NCBI GenBank assembly: GCA_016206785.1
Contig: JACQQV010000046.1
Coordinates: 19,512-83,511, forward strand
DNA: 64,000 nucleotides
Source of the DNA: Candidatus Omnitrophota bacterium
GTDB lineage: Bacteria > Omnitrophota > Gorgyraeia > JACQQV01
Reading direction: 5' to 3'
Shown: positions 17,866 to 26,733 of the stretch, piece after piece
How the letters are laid out: each line of letters starts with the position of its first letter
Numbering within the stretch: the stretch's first letter is position 1
Notes under the pieces: model-generated
What the model saw: the letters and a program-made list of their open reading frames with translations, nothing else
Databases searched by the model: none
What the model was told of the DNA's origin: nothing
Translations under genes and position numbers: made by a program

Positions 17866-18771
17866 TTACTCAAATGGGACCGCAATGATTTTTCTTCCCT
17901 CTTTCATTTTTAAAAAATCTTGAGCGACATAGGCCATTACTTTTCCTCTTCGGGGGACCTTCCCCTTTTGAAACCTAAATTTTTTTGCTTTTCGGATTAC
18001 AGAGATTTTCTTCCGTTCCACTTCGTAATAGGGACCTCCATCAAAAGGCTCTATCCTTCCATTGGGATGGAAACCGATTGCTTGAAGCATCCGACAGGCG
18101 GGAATAGCTTCTTTCCCCACTTTTCCAAGAAGCGCACGCACCTTTTTCGGGAAATGGGAAAGATAGACTTTACCTTTTGGAAAAAGATCGAAAATAAATT
18201 TCTTCGTGTAGACGCTCAACCGATCTCCCTCGCGGTAGGAAAGCCCTGTGAAGCGCCTCCCGAAGGCATCCCAAAAAAGACTTCCCTTCCTTTTCTGAAG
18301 AGGCGGGAGAAACTCTGCAAGGACTTGGCGTTCAAATCGTTCAGGATGAAGCGCCATATAAAGGAAGCGGGCCCAGGAAAGTTGCTTCCCGAATTTCTCC
18401 TTTCTTCGCCGATAGGCCTTCTTGAGCACAAGGCCCCCGATTTCAGTAGGACCCTGTTTCGTCGCACCGAATTTGAGATACCCCCCTTTTCGATCCCTCC
18501 CCTTTTCCAAATAGATATGCGGTGAAGAAGGGGTCCCTTGTCTTGCGATAATTAAAGAGGAGCCGAAAATCTTCTTCGAAATTTCTTCTTCGATCACGAA
18601 AAGGTATTTTGCTTTTGTTCTGGGAAGTTTTCCCTGAAAGGAGAGAACGGATGTCCGGATCAGGTTCCGGATGACCTTCGGGTCATCCGGCAGGTTGTAG
18701 GAATCAAGTTCCTTGGCCAATGAAAGAACAGCGGGAAAATCTTTTTTTTCAACGCTCCTTAGAAAAACCAT
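17866..18771 (-). CDS. astA: arginine N-succinyltransferase
   Basis: The N-terminus [21 protein letters not shown] resembles E. coli AstA [34 protein letters not shown] matches PKSEQGYVFVLED, and [10 protein letters not shown] matches FDGGPTLECD. Confidence 0.75.
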   Translation of the reverse strand: [301 protein letters not shown]

Positions 18772-20157
18772 TTAATCCTTCAGACAATAGGTCTCAATCA
18801 ACGCCCTGTAAAAATACGTTGCTTTCTCAAGTTGCTTCAACTCATTATACTCATTGGGCGAGTGGATGTTTCCTGCCGATTTGCCTGCCCCAAAAACAAG
18901 TGCAGGAATTCCCTTCTCCCAAAGATATCCCGCCTCCGTACAAGAAGGCTTCTTCGTCAGACGAAAAGGAATTCCTGCCTTGCGGCTTGCTGAGCGGCCC
19001 AAGCGGATAATGGGGCTTCCGGGGGAAACGGAAAGGCTCGGCCCATCCCGTTCGATCCGAAAACTCCCGCGGAGCCGATAGTGGCGAAGGACCTCTTTCG
19101 TTTTTTTCTTGAAGAAGGCAAGGATTTCCTGATTTTTATCTCTGGCATGCACGCGGAAATCGACGAGCACCTTAAGGAACCGACCCTCGACCCTGATCAC
19201 CCCGACATTCGATGTCATCGGCCTCTGCCATCTTCGAATCCCCCGATCAACAGTAGAAAAAAGTTCCCAGAGCGCCTTCCAGGGAACGGTGTGGGAGATG
19301 GGGTATCTGTTGGCAATCTTCTCAATGTGGAGGTGAGGAGGGGAGGGAATTTTTTGGGAAGAGGCCGCAAAAAGCGCCATGGCTTCGGCAGGAACCTGAT
19401 TGGGTGAAGTTCCACCCTCGATAAAAAGAAGGACCGGGTCAGGATCTTGAAGTGAAAGTCTCTTTAAGAAATCAAAACAAAGGCGGATGGCATTCCGTCC
19501 TTTTTCAGGAGTGCTGGAGTGGGTAGATTTCCCGACCGCCTTCATCCTATAAATTTTCTGGGACGGCGAAAGACGTGAAAAAGATCTCATCGGAATGGAA
19601 ATTTCAAGAACAACGTATCCTCGATGTTCATGAACCCATTTGAGTTCGGAGGGTTCACCCACAAAGGCGATGCCTCTTAGTCCCTTCATCCGTTTACAGA
19701 AAACCCTTACGCCTAAAAGTCCCCTCTCCTCTCCAAACGTTCCCACAATGATGAGAGGTCTTTTGAAAGAGGAGGTAGGCATGTCCGCTGAGGCAAAAAT
19801 TTTTGAAAGGATATCGAGTTTGGTATCCGCGCTTCCGAGGCCGTAGATCTTGTTTCTCTCACCCACAGGATTCCATGGATTTCCTTTTGTCTTAGTCCAG
19901 AGTGGATGGGGTCCGGGCGGAACCGTGTCGAGATGAGTCATCAGAATGAGGGGACGTTTCCCTTTTCCTTTCGCACCGATCACATTATAAAAAGGAATTT
20001 TCCCTATCTTTTGACTCTGGTAACGGACACGAAACCCTCCTTTTTTCAAAAGAGTCCCCACATGATGGGCGATCGCGCGGTTCGATGCTGTCGTAACCGA
20101 CCGAAGCCGAATCAGTTTCTTCGCCTCTTTTAAAAGTTTCTTCCGGTTTATATTCAT
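18772..20157 (-). CDS. M20-family metallopeptidase/deacylase (ArgE/DapE-like)
   Basis: 461 aa. The M20 motifs HLDTVP and GLGSADTK are present. It abuts astA. Confidence 0.65.
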   Translation of the reverse strand: MNINRKKLLKEAKKLIRLRSVTTASNRAIAHHVGTLLKKGGFRVRYQSQKIGKIPFYNVIGAKGKGKRPLILMTHLDTVPPGPHPLWTKTKGNPWNPVGERNKIYGLGSADTKLDILSKIFASADMPTSSFKRPLIIVGTFGEERGLLGVRVFCKRMKGLRGIAFVGEPSELKWVHEHRGYVVLEISIPMRSFSRLSPSQKIYRMKAVGKSTHSSTPEKGRNAIRLCFDFLKRLSLQDPDPVLLFIEGGTSPNQVPAEAMALFAASSQKIPSPPHLHIEKIANRYPISHTVPWKALWELFSTVDRGIRRWQRPMTSNVGVIRVEGRFLKVLVDFRVHARDKNQEILAFFKKKTKEVLRHYRLRGSFRIERDGPSLSVSPGSPIIRLGRSASRKAGIPFRLTKKPSCTEAGYLWEKGIPALVFGAGKSAGNIHSPNEYNELKQLEKATYFYRALIETYCLKD

Positions 20158-21557
20158 CTCCCTTGGAGCGTTTCTTCAATCCTTTCTGCCAATTTTTCAG
20201 TGATGCCCCGAACCTCCATTAATTTTTGCCGGGAGGTTTTTTTCAGTTCCTCAAGACTCTTAAAATGACAGAGAAGTTCCTGTCTTTTTCGGGGACCGAG
20301 GCCTGGGATCTCTGTTAAGATGGATTCTTCCTGCGATCTTTCGCGCAAGAGGTGGTGATACCCGATCGCAAAGCGATGGGCTTCATCGCGAATTCTTTGA
20401 ATGAGATGAAGGGCCTTGGAGGTTTTCGGAAGAATGATCGGATCAGATCGGCCCATCTGATAGATCCATTCATGACGTTTCGCGATGCCGACCATGGCAA
20501 GTTTCCCAAGACCCAGCTCCCGCAATACGCCGGAGGCTGCGCTCAAATGACCGCGACCGCCATCAATCAGAAGGAGGTCGGGTGCCTCGAGATGCTCCCT
20601 TTTCACGCGGCGATACCGACGCCGAACGACCTCCCGCATCATCTGGTAATCATCGATCCCTCTCACCTCTTTGATCCGGAAGCGCCGATACCCGTCTTTG
20701 TAAGGAATACCATCTACAAAAGAGACCATGGAGCCGCAAGCGGAGGTTCCAAAAATATTCGAAATGTCAAACGCTTCGATGCGATGGGGGATCGCCTCCA
20801 AACGAAGTACTTCTCTTAACTCCGAAAGTTGCTCCAGCCACCCTGACCGCTGATCCCGCGAGGCCACGCCACTTAAGGCCTCGATCTCATCCCGCACCTT
20901 GGCCGCCTCTTCAAAACGTTTCTCGTGGGAGAACTCCTGCATTTTTTGTGAAAGAGAGCGCAAAAGTTCCTGGCGCTTCCCTTCCAGAAAAAGTTTTGCC
21001 TCCTCCACAATATTCCCATACGCCACGCGATCAATGTACCCCACGCAAGGGGCAAGACATTGACCGATGTAGTAATCAAGGCAGGGTTTCTTCGGAAACT
21101 TCCGGCAGTTTCTGAGCGGGAAATTCCTCCGCATCGACGCAAGGGCTGAGCGGAGAAGTTTCGCATCGGTATATGGACCAAAGTAGAGGGAACCATCCTC
21201 GGCCTTGCGGCGCGTAATAAAGATGCGCGGAAATTCCTCATGAGTGAGTTTCACCCAAGGATAGGTCTTGTCATCTCGGAGGGCCACATTGTATTTCGGC
21301 CTGTGGGTCTTGATGAGGCTCGCTTCATAAAAGAGCGCTTCCGCTTCCGACCGGGTGACAAGGGTGTCCACCTCCCTGACCTGTTCCAGAAGAAGGGCGA
21401 TCTTCGACGGGTGGGATCGGGAAACTTGAAAATAGGAAAGCACCCGCTTTCTGAGCGAGGCGGCCTTGCCTACGTAGAGGATCTCACCCCCTTTCCCCTT
21501 CATCAGATACACACCGGGCGCCTCGGGAAAAGATTTTACCTTCTCTTGAAGATCCAT
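20154..21557 (-). CDS. uvrC: excinuclease ABC subunit C
   Basis: A GIY-YIG N-terminus (GVYLMKGKGGEILYVGKAASLRKRVLSYF) and a C-terminal HhH are present. I trimmed the start to MDLQEKVKSF (ATG at 21557), which aligns with E. coli UvrC. The longer track ORF overlaps murJ. Confidence 0.9.
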   Translation of the reverse strand: MDLQEKVKSFPEAPGVYLMKGKGGEILYVGKAASLRKRVLSYFQVSRSHPSKIALLLEQVREVDTLVTRSEAEALFYEASLIKTHRPKYNVALRDDKTYPWVKLTHEEFPRIFITRRKAEDGSLYFGPYTDAKLLRSALASMRRNFPLRNCRKFPKKPCLDYYIGQCLAPCVGYIDRVAYGNIVEEAKLFLEGKRQELLRSLSQKMQEFSHEKRFEEAAKVRDEIEALSGVASRDQRSGWLEQLSELREVLRLEAIPHRIEAFDISNIFGTSACGSMVSFVDGIPYKDGYRRFRIKEVRGIDDYQMMREVVRRRYRRVKREHLEAPDLLLIDGGRGHLSAASGVLRELGLGKLAMVGIAKRHEWIYQMGRSDPIILPKTSKALHLIQRIRDEAHRFAIGYHHLLRERSQEESILTEIPGLGPRKRQELLCHFKSLEELKKTSRQKLMEVRGITEKLAERIEETLQGR

Positions 21558-23125
21558 CGCGTCAACCGATCCGCTTCTTCCACCTTGAGTACAAGGGAGA
21601 AGACAAAATAAGAAATAACGCCGACCCCTATGACCAGCACAAAAGGGATGACCCGGAGACGACTTTCTCCCCCTGACATAAAATGAATGGAAAGGAAAAG
21701 GGAGAACGTCATGAGAAGACTGGCGCCACAAAATTTGCAAAAGGCCCAAAACAAGGTGCGACCGCCGAAGGAACCGATCCTTTTTTTCAAAAGAACGTAA
21801 AGAATTAGAAAATGGAGTGTCGAAGAGAGGGCTGTGGCCAAGGCAAGCCCCCCTATTTTCATCGGAAACATCAGAATGGCATTCAGTACAGCGTTTGCGA
21901 TCAGGGAAACGACGGCCGCTTTGACGGGAGTTTGTGTATCTTGAAGCGAGTAAAACGCGGAAGAGAGGATTTTGGATCCTGAAAAGGCCAGAAGTCCCAT
22001 CACATAAAAGGAAAGGGCTTGTGTGGTGATGTCTGTGGAATAAGTATCGAATTGTCCTCGCTCAAAAAGAATCTGAACGATCGGTCGCACCAATACGAGA
22101 ATTCCGACGACCGAAGGGACCATCACAAAGAAGGCTGACCTTAAGGAAAAAAGAAGGGTCTTCCGGAATTCCTCAAGACCTTGGTCATGGGCTTGGGTCG
22201 AAAGGGTAGGAAGTGCGGCGGTCGCCAAAGAAACACCGAAGAGGGCAAAAGGAAGCTGCACGATCCGATTGGAGTAATAGAGTGCGGCCACCCCTCCTTC
22301 CCCCACAATGTGACTTAAGGAAGCAAAAACCCGGTCGATGACGACGCTCAGCTGATAGACGGCAGAGCCGAGGATCCGGGGAATAAGAAGGCGGCCGGTC
22401 TGTCTGACGCCCGGATGCTGAAATGAGAGTTGAGGACGATAAACGAATCCCTTCTCGCGCAGGATCGGCCACTGAACAAAACATTGCACCGCCCCACCCA
22501 CCAGGACGCCGATCGCAAGACCGAGAACAGGGGGATGGGTATAAGGAACCAAGAAAAAGAAAGAGGCGATCATTCCAATATTTAAGAGGGTGGGCCCGAA
22601 GGCGGGCATAAAAAAATGCTGCAGGGTGTTTAAGACCCCCATGGCGTAAGCGCTTAATCCGACAAGGAAAATGAACGGGAAGAGAACACGCGTCAAAAAG
22701 ACGGTGAGTTCAAACTGTTCAGGATTCCTCAGGAAACCAGGTGCCACCAATGAGACGATCGCTGGAGCAAGAATGACCCCTAAGACACTCATCGTTCCGA
22801 TGATCAAGATGGAGGTATTCAAAAGATAGAGGGAAAGTTTCATAAACTCTTCCTTCCCCTTCCGCAAATAGGAGGCGAGGATCGGAATGACCGCTGCACT
22901 CATCGCCCCCTCAGCCACGAGGTCGCGCAAGAGGTTGGGAATGAGAAAAGCGACCACAAAGGCCTGGGCGGCGATGCCGGTACCGAAGAATCGGGCGATG
23001 AGGACATCCCGCACAAATCCTAAGATGCGGCTTAAGGAGGTGGCGAAGCCCATGACGACGGCGGAACGTGCAAGGTGGTGGCGTGGTGAGGAAGTTGTCT
23101 TACTCATTTCAAAAGTCCTTGACAT
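21536..23125 (-). CDS. murJ: lipid II flippase MurJ
   Basis: 529 aa with about 14 TM segments. The N-terminus LARSAVVMGFATSLSRILGFVRDVLIARFFG is typical of MurJ/MviN. Confidence 0.85.
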   Translation of the reverse strand: MSRTFEMSKTTSSPRHHLARSAVVMGFATSLSRILGFVRDVLIARFFGTGIAAQAFVVAFLIPNLLRDLVAEGAMSAAVIPILASYLRKGKEEFMKLSLYLLNTSILIIGTMSVLGVILAPAIVSLVAPGFLRNPEQFELTVFLTRVLFPFIFLVGLSAYAMGVLNTLQHFFMPAFGPTLLNIGMIASFFFLVPYTHPPVLGLAIGVLVGGAVQCFVQWPILREKGFVYRPQLSFQHPGVRQTGRLLIPRILGSAVYQLSVVIDRVFASLSHIVGEGGVAALYYSNRIVQLPFALFGVSLATAALPTLSTQAHDQGLEEFRKTLLFSLRSAFFVMVPSVVGILVLVRPIVQILFERGQFDTYSTDITTQALSFYVMGLLAFSGSKILSSAFYSLQDTQTPVKAAVVSLIANAVLNAILMFPMKIGGLALATALSSTLHFLILYVLLKKRIGSFGGRTLFWAFCKFCGASLLMTFSLFLSIHFMSGGESRLRVIPFVLVIGVGVISYFVFSLVLKVEEADRLTRWIFKRR

Positions 23126-23174
23126 CTGTGGGGGGATATGTTACTCTTTCGCACAGCACAAAAGGAGTGTTCTC

Positions 23175-23447
23175 ATGCCGATCAAAAAGGCGGCACTTAA
23201 AAGCATGCGAAGCGACCGAGGGCGAGAAGCCCGGAATAGTTCTGTTTTGAATGAACTGAAGACCCTTTCAAAAAAGATGGAGAGTCTCATTTCGGCCAAA
23301 GAGAGGGAAAAGGCCAAAACGCTTCTTAAGGAAGTGATCGTGAAGCTGCACAAGGCTGTCGCCCATGGCATTATTCACAAGAACCGAGCTTCACGTAAAA
23401 TCGGACGCCTCTCGCGAAAACTTGCCAAGCTCTTAACGGCATAACTC
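23175..23447 (+). CDS. rpsT: 30S ribosomal protein S20
   Basis: MPIKKAALKSMRSDRGREARN...HGIIHKNRASRKIGRLSRKLAKL resembles E. coli bS20 ([24 protein letters not shown]). An AAAGGAG RBS is present, with a candidate TTGACA-N17-TACTCT promoter at 23118..23146. Confidence 0.85.
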
Positions 23448-24395
23448 AAGCACCAGTCGTTCTGCCTCCCCCCTCCCCTCACGAGCCCCCGTCTTCACAT
23501 GACGATCTACCGTAAGCAACCGCCTCAGTCCCTTTTCAAGTTCTGAATGTTCGAATCGTGAAAGAGAGGCGAAGAAATCCTCCCGAAGTTCCCACCGAAT
23601 CCTTAACGTTCTCCCCACCTCATCGGGGGAGATCCCTTCTCCCAAGAGCTCCTTTGCCCTTACCATCCGCCGAAGGTACCATCCCACCGTGCCGAGAATC
23701 TCCTGAAGATTTTCCCTTTCTTGGAGGAGACGTGAAAAAATCGTGAGCGCCTTGAGGGGTTCCCGAGAAGCGATGGAGCGGGCCAATTCAAAACTGGTAT
23801 GGGTGAGCGAAACTCCCAATAAGGCCTCGACCGACTGTTCCTCAATGGAGGAGTTCTCCCCAAGATATGTACTTACTGTTTCAAGGGCTTTATCGAGTCG
23901 TGAAAGATTTTCCCCCACTTTTTCAAGAAGGAGTTCCCTTGCAGCAAGCGAAATCCTCTTACCATAGAAGGTGGCCCTTCGGTCAACCCATGCGGAGACC
24001 TCCGATTCCTTCAATTCTCTAAAGGTGGAAACCTTGGCAAGAAAAGCGACCTTTTCGAGAAAATGACCACGAAGATCCATTTCCTTCGTCTCCAAAAGAC
24101 AGGTTGTTTCTTTGGGAAGGTGGGTTACGATTTCAAGAAGGCGTGCCTGAAAAGGTAGGGGGGTCTTGTCGATATCCTTGATGCAAACAAACCGTCCGTG
24201 AGATTCGAAGGGAACCGTCACGAGGTCTGAAAGGACCCTTTCAGGAGAAAACTCTTTGGACCTCCCCTCGAAGGTGTCGCACGCCATGGAAGAGGGACCT
24301 TCCGGGAAAAGGCGCTTACGAAGCTTTTGCAGCGCTTCGTTCTTTTCCCATTCGTTCGTTCCTGCGAAGAGGTAAAGGTTTTCTACTCGGGCCAT
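23433..24395 (-). CDS. holA: DNA polymerase III delta subunit
   Basis: About 320 aa. The start was trimmed to MARVENLYLFAGTNEWEKN. It is adjacent to lptE, the lptE-holA arrangement also found in E. coli. Confidence 0.65.
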   Translation of the reverse strand: MARVENLYLFAGTNEWEKNEALQKLRKRLFPEGPSSMACDTFEGRSKEFSPERVLSDLVTVPFESHGRFVCIKDIDKTPLPFQARLLEIVTHLPKETTCLLETKEMDLRGHFLEKVAFLAKVSTFRELKESEVSAWVDRRATFYGKRISLAARELLLEKVGENLSRLDKALETVSTYLGENSSIEEQSVEALLGVSLTHTSFELARSIASREPLKALTIFSRLLQERENLQEILGTVGWYLRRMVRAKELLGEGISPDEVGRTLRIRWELREDFFASLSRFEHSELEKGLRRLLTVDRHVKTGAREGRGEAERLVLELCR

Positions 24396-24883
24396 TCTTC
24401 GACCGTACGGTCCACAATCCGTCGGGCCAACCGAGAGATCGCCTCCTGTCGCGCTTTCTCCTCGCTTTTTGCAAGAGGTCCTGAGACAAAAAAACTGGTA
24501 TCTCCGACGAAGTTCTTCTCTTCCCAGAGGACCGTCTGGGTGCGGGTGTCCCACAGGGAAAGTGCGACCGCTAAAACCAGGCGATACTCCTCGATCTCCT
24601 CCGTACTGGTATACCGGAGTGGTTCCCGCACAAATTTCGTGAGTCTCCCTCGCAAAACGGCATCAGCCTCTTTTTCGCCGGTGACCCGGAGGGATCCATC
24701 AAAAAGAAAACGGGAGAGGATGCCATTGGTGAGATCGATCTCAAGACCTGGTTCATAGGTCTCATTCTTGAAGGTCTCCACGTGGATCGTCTCAAGGCCA
24801 TGGGGAGGCGTTGTCTTCAAGGTATAGCCGCATCCTGACCCTGCGGCAAGAAGGATGAAAAGGATAACAAGGACTTTCTTCAC
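24383..24883 (-). CDS. lptE: LptE-like LPS-assembly lipoprotein
   Basis: 166 aa with the lipobox LLAAGSGC. Size and position (upstream of holA, downstream of leuS) are as for E. coli lptE. Confidence 0.5.
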   Translation of the reverse strand: MKKVLVILFILLAAGSGCGYTLKTTPPHGLETIHVETFKNETYEPGLEIDLTNGILSRFLFDGSLRVTGEKEADAVLRGRLTKFVREPLRYTSTEEIEEYRLVLAVALSLWDTRTQTVLWEEKNFVGDTSFFVSGPLAKSEEKARQEAISRLARRIVDRTVEEWPE

Positions 24884-25848
24884 TTCTTTTTTTCTTCTTT
24901 CTCAAGGACCGTCAACTTTTCAAGCGCAAGGCGCGCCCAAGATGTTTCCGCATAGCGCTCAATGACTTCGTTGTAATAGGTCTTTGCAGCCGCAAAGGAC
25001 TTTTGTTTCGCGTAGAATTCCGCGATTTCAAATGACTTCTCCGCCTTCCGGCCCTGCAGTTCTTGAATCGCCTCTTTCGATTCCTGAACGAGTTCGCTTT
25101 CAGGATGCTCTTCAATAAACAGCGAAAACTCGGAGATCGCCTGATCCGTCGCCTGCTCGTCGTAGCTCGCCCCCCGGGACATCTTAAAGGAGACCAGGGC
25201 GATCTGATATTTGGCATCACTCACCAATTGACTCTTCGGATAATCTTCCATCAGCTTCTCAAAGGCCTCGCGCGCCTCGCGATACTCCCCCCTCTTCTTG
25301 TGACACTCTCCGATCTTATATTGGGAGAGATCGGCATAAGGACCGTAAGGGGCATTTTCAACAACCCGTTTGAAGATGTCGATCGCTATGCCGTAGGAAG
25401 GGAGAAGTTCTAACCCTACTCCTGGCACCCTCCGTTTTTTCCCGCTATAGAAAAGATTGGCGATATGGTACTCCCGTTCGATGATTTCCTGAATTCTGCC
25501 GCTGTTAGGATATTTCCCGATGACCCCTTCATAGGCCTTAAAAGCGTTTTCATAATTTTCGAGGGCTTCATGGCAGAGGCCGATGGTGTAAAGCGCCTCC
25601 GCCGCCTCGGCACTTTTCGGGAAGCGGTTCATCAGATTCTTCATCTCTTGAAGGGCGCGGGGATACTCTTTGGCTTCGTAGAACGAGAGGGCCCACTGGA
25701 ACTGATCCTTCGGCACCGGTTTGGACATCTTTCTGGGACTCGTAAACTTGGAGGTCTTGGGGGACCAGAGCCAGAACCCGAAGGCTGTTCCTTGAATAAG
25801 GAAGAGAAGGAGGGTGATCGTCATCAGAGAGGTACGCCAATCACGCAT
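24880..25848 (-). CDS. TPR-repeat envelope protein (BamD/YbgF-like)
   Basis: 322 aa with an N-terminal hydrophobic segment, then repeated 34-aa TPR-like units (ALYTIGLCHEALENYENAFKAYEGVIGKYPNS...). Confidence 0.5.
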   Translation of the reverse strand: MRDWRTSLMTITLLLFLIQGTAFGFWLWSPKTSKFTSPRKMSKPVPKDQFQWALSFYEAKEYPRALQEMKNLMNRFPKSAEAAEALYTIGLCHEALENYENAFKAYEGVIGKYPNSGRIQEIIEREYHIANLFYSGKKRRVPGVGLELLPSYGIAIDIFKRVVENAPYGPYADLSQYKIGECHKKRGEYREAREAFEKLMEDYPKSQLVSDAKYQIALVSFKMSRGASYDEQATDQAISEFSLFIEEHPESELVQESKEAIQELQGRKAEKSFEIAEFYAKQKSFAAAKTYYNEVIERYAETSWARLALEKLTVLEKEEKKK

Positions 25849-25994
25849 GAGGTTTATTATGGCATACCCTTTGACGGGTTGTCAATCCATCGACGGGCTC
25901 AGGATTGACCCTGAGTGAAATCGAAGGATCAACGAAGGGGAGGTCTCCCCCTCTAAGGCATAAAAGACAAGAGGAGGGACGGCGCTCTTATGCC

Positions 25995-26429
25995 CTAAAG
26001 GGAGACCGTGTAAGGAAGGTCCCGGTAGACATCCTGCTTCGTAGCCGAAGGTCTCTCGGAGGGTGCAATATTCTGTTCCACAAAATGAGAGATCCGCTTC
26101 CGGTTGGGGGCAGAGATGTCCATAAACTGGATCCCCACATCGTGCTGATAACTGTAAGGAAGTTTCTGAATCCAGACCACTTTTCCGACCGCCGTGAGCC
26201 CCTCACTCGCTGGACCCAAAAAGAACTCGATCTTCAGTTTTGAGTTCACTGGCAGAAACTCCCGTGAGACCAGTCGCACACCACCGCCCCCAAGATCTTT
26301 GGTCAAAGAATCTTGAAACCGGCTTTCCTCCCCTCCGAAACGGACCGGGACATGCAGATTTAACCGTGGAAACTCACGCCTTCCCAGCACAAACGCTTTC
26401 TTTTCCATTCTTTCTATTCTGTTCTCCAT
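25995..26429 (-). CDS. PilZ-domain c-di-GMP binding protein
   Basis: The PilZ motifs RxxxR (RREFPR) and DxSxxG (DLGGGGVRL) are present. Confidence 0.65.
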   Translation of the reverse strand: MENRIERMEKKAFVLGRREFPRLNLHVPVRFGGEESRFQDSLTKDLGGGGVRLVSREFLPVNSKLKIEFFLGPASEGLTAVGKVVWIQKLPYSYQHDVGIQFMDISAPNRKRISHFVEQNIAPSERPSATKQDVYRDLPYTVSL

Positions 26430-26492
26430 AGATGTATCCTTTTAAAATTAAATAAGTTAAGTTTACTTCGTTAATACTTTAAAAAACTACGG

Positions 26493-26534
26493 GGAAACAA
26501 AAAACCCTATTCTTCCCATCGAAAGAATAGGGTT
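26493..26534 (-). terminator. rho-independent terminator downstream of comEC
   Basis: Minus strand: AACCCTATTCTT-tcgatggg-AAGAATAGGGTT followed by TTTTTTGTTT. Confidence 0.7.
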
Positions 26535-26733
26535 CTTCGGGTGTGCCAAACCCGATCAAGAAATGGCCATTTATTAACTTTTCAAGGTAGCCCTTTTAGG
26601 GGCCTTGAGACCCCATCCTTTCGAATGGGGTTCTAGCTGTTACAAAGTATACCACAAATGTGACAAATGTCAAGAGCTATTTAAAAATTATTAACATCTG
26701 TAAAGTTAGATTGGTCTCATAGGCAGTTTTATT

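Noticed and set aside
21558-21749. Long N-terminal extensions of uvrC (to 21749), holA (to 24554), accA (to 44794), folC (to 50093) and the 579-aa paralogue (to 43480).
   Set aside because: The extensions are Arg/Cys/Gly-rich with no homology, and they overlap upstream genes. Conserved N-termini and RBSs begin at the internal Met codons that I used.
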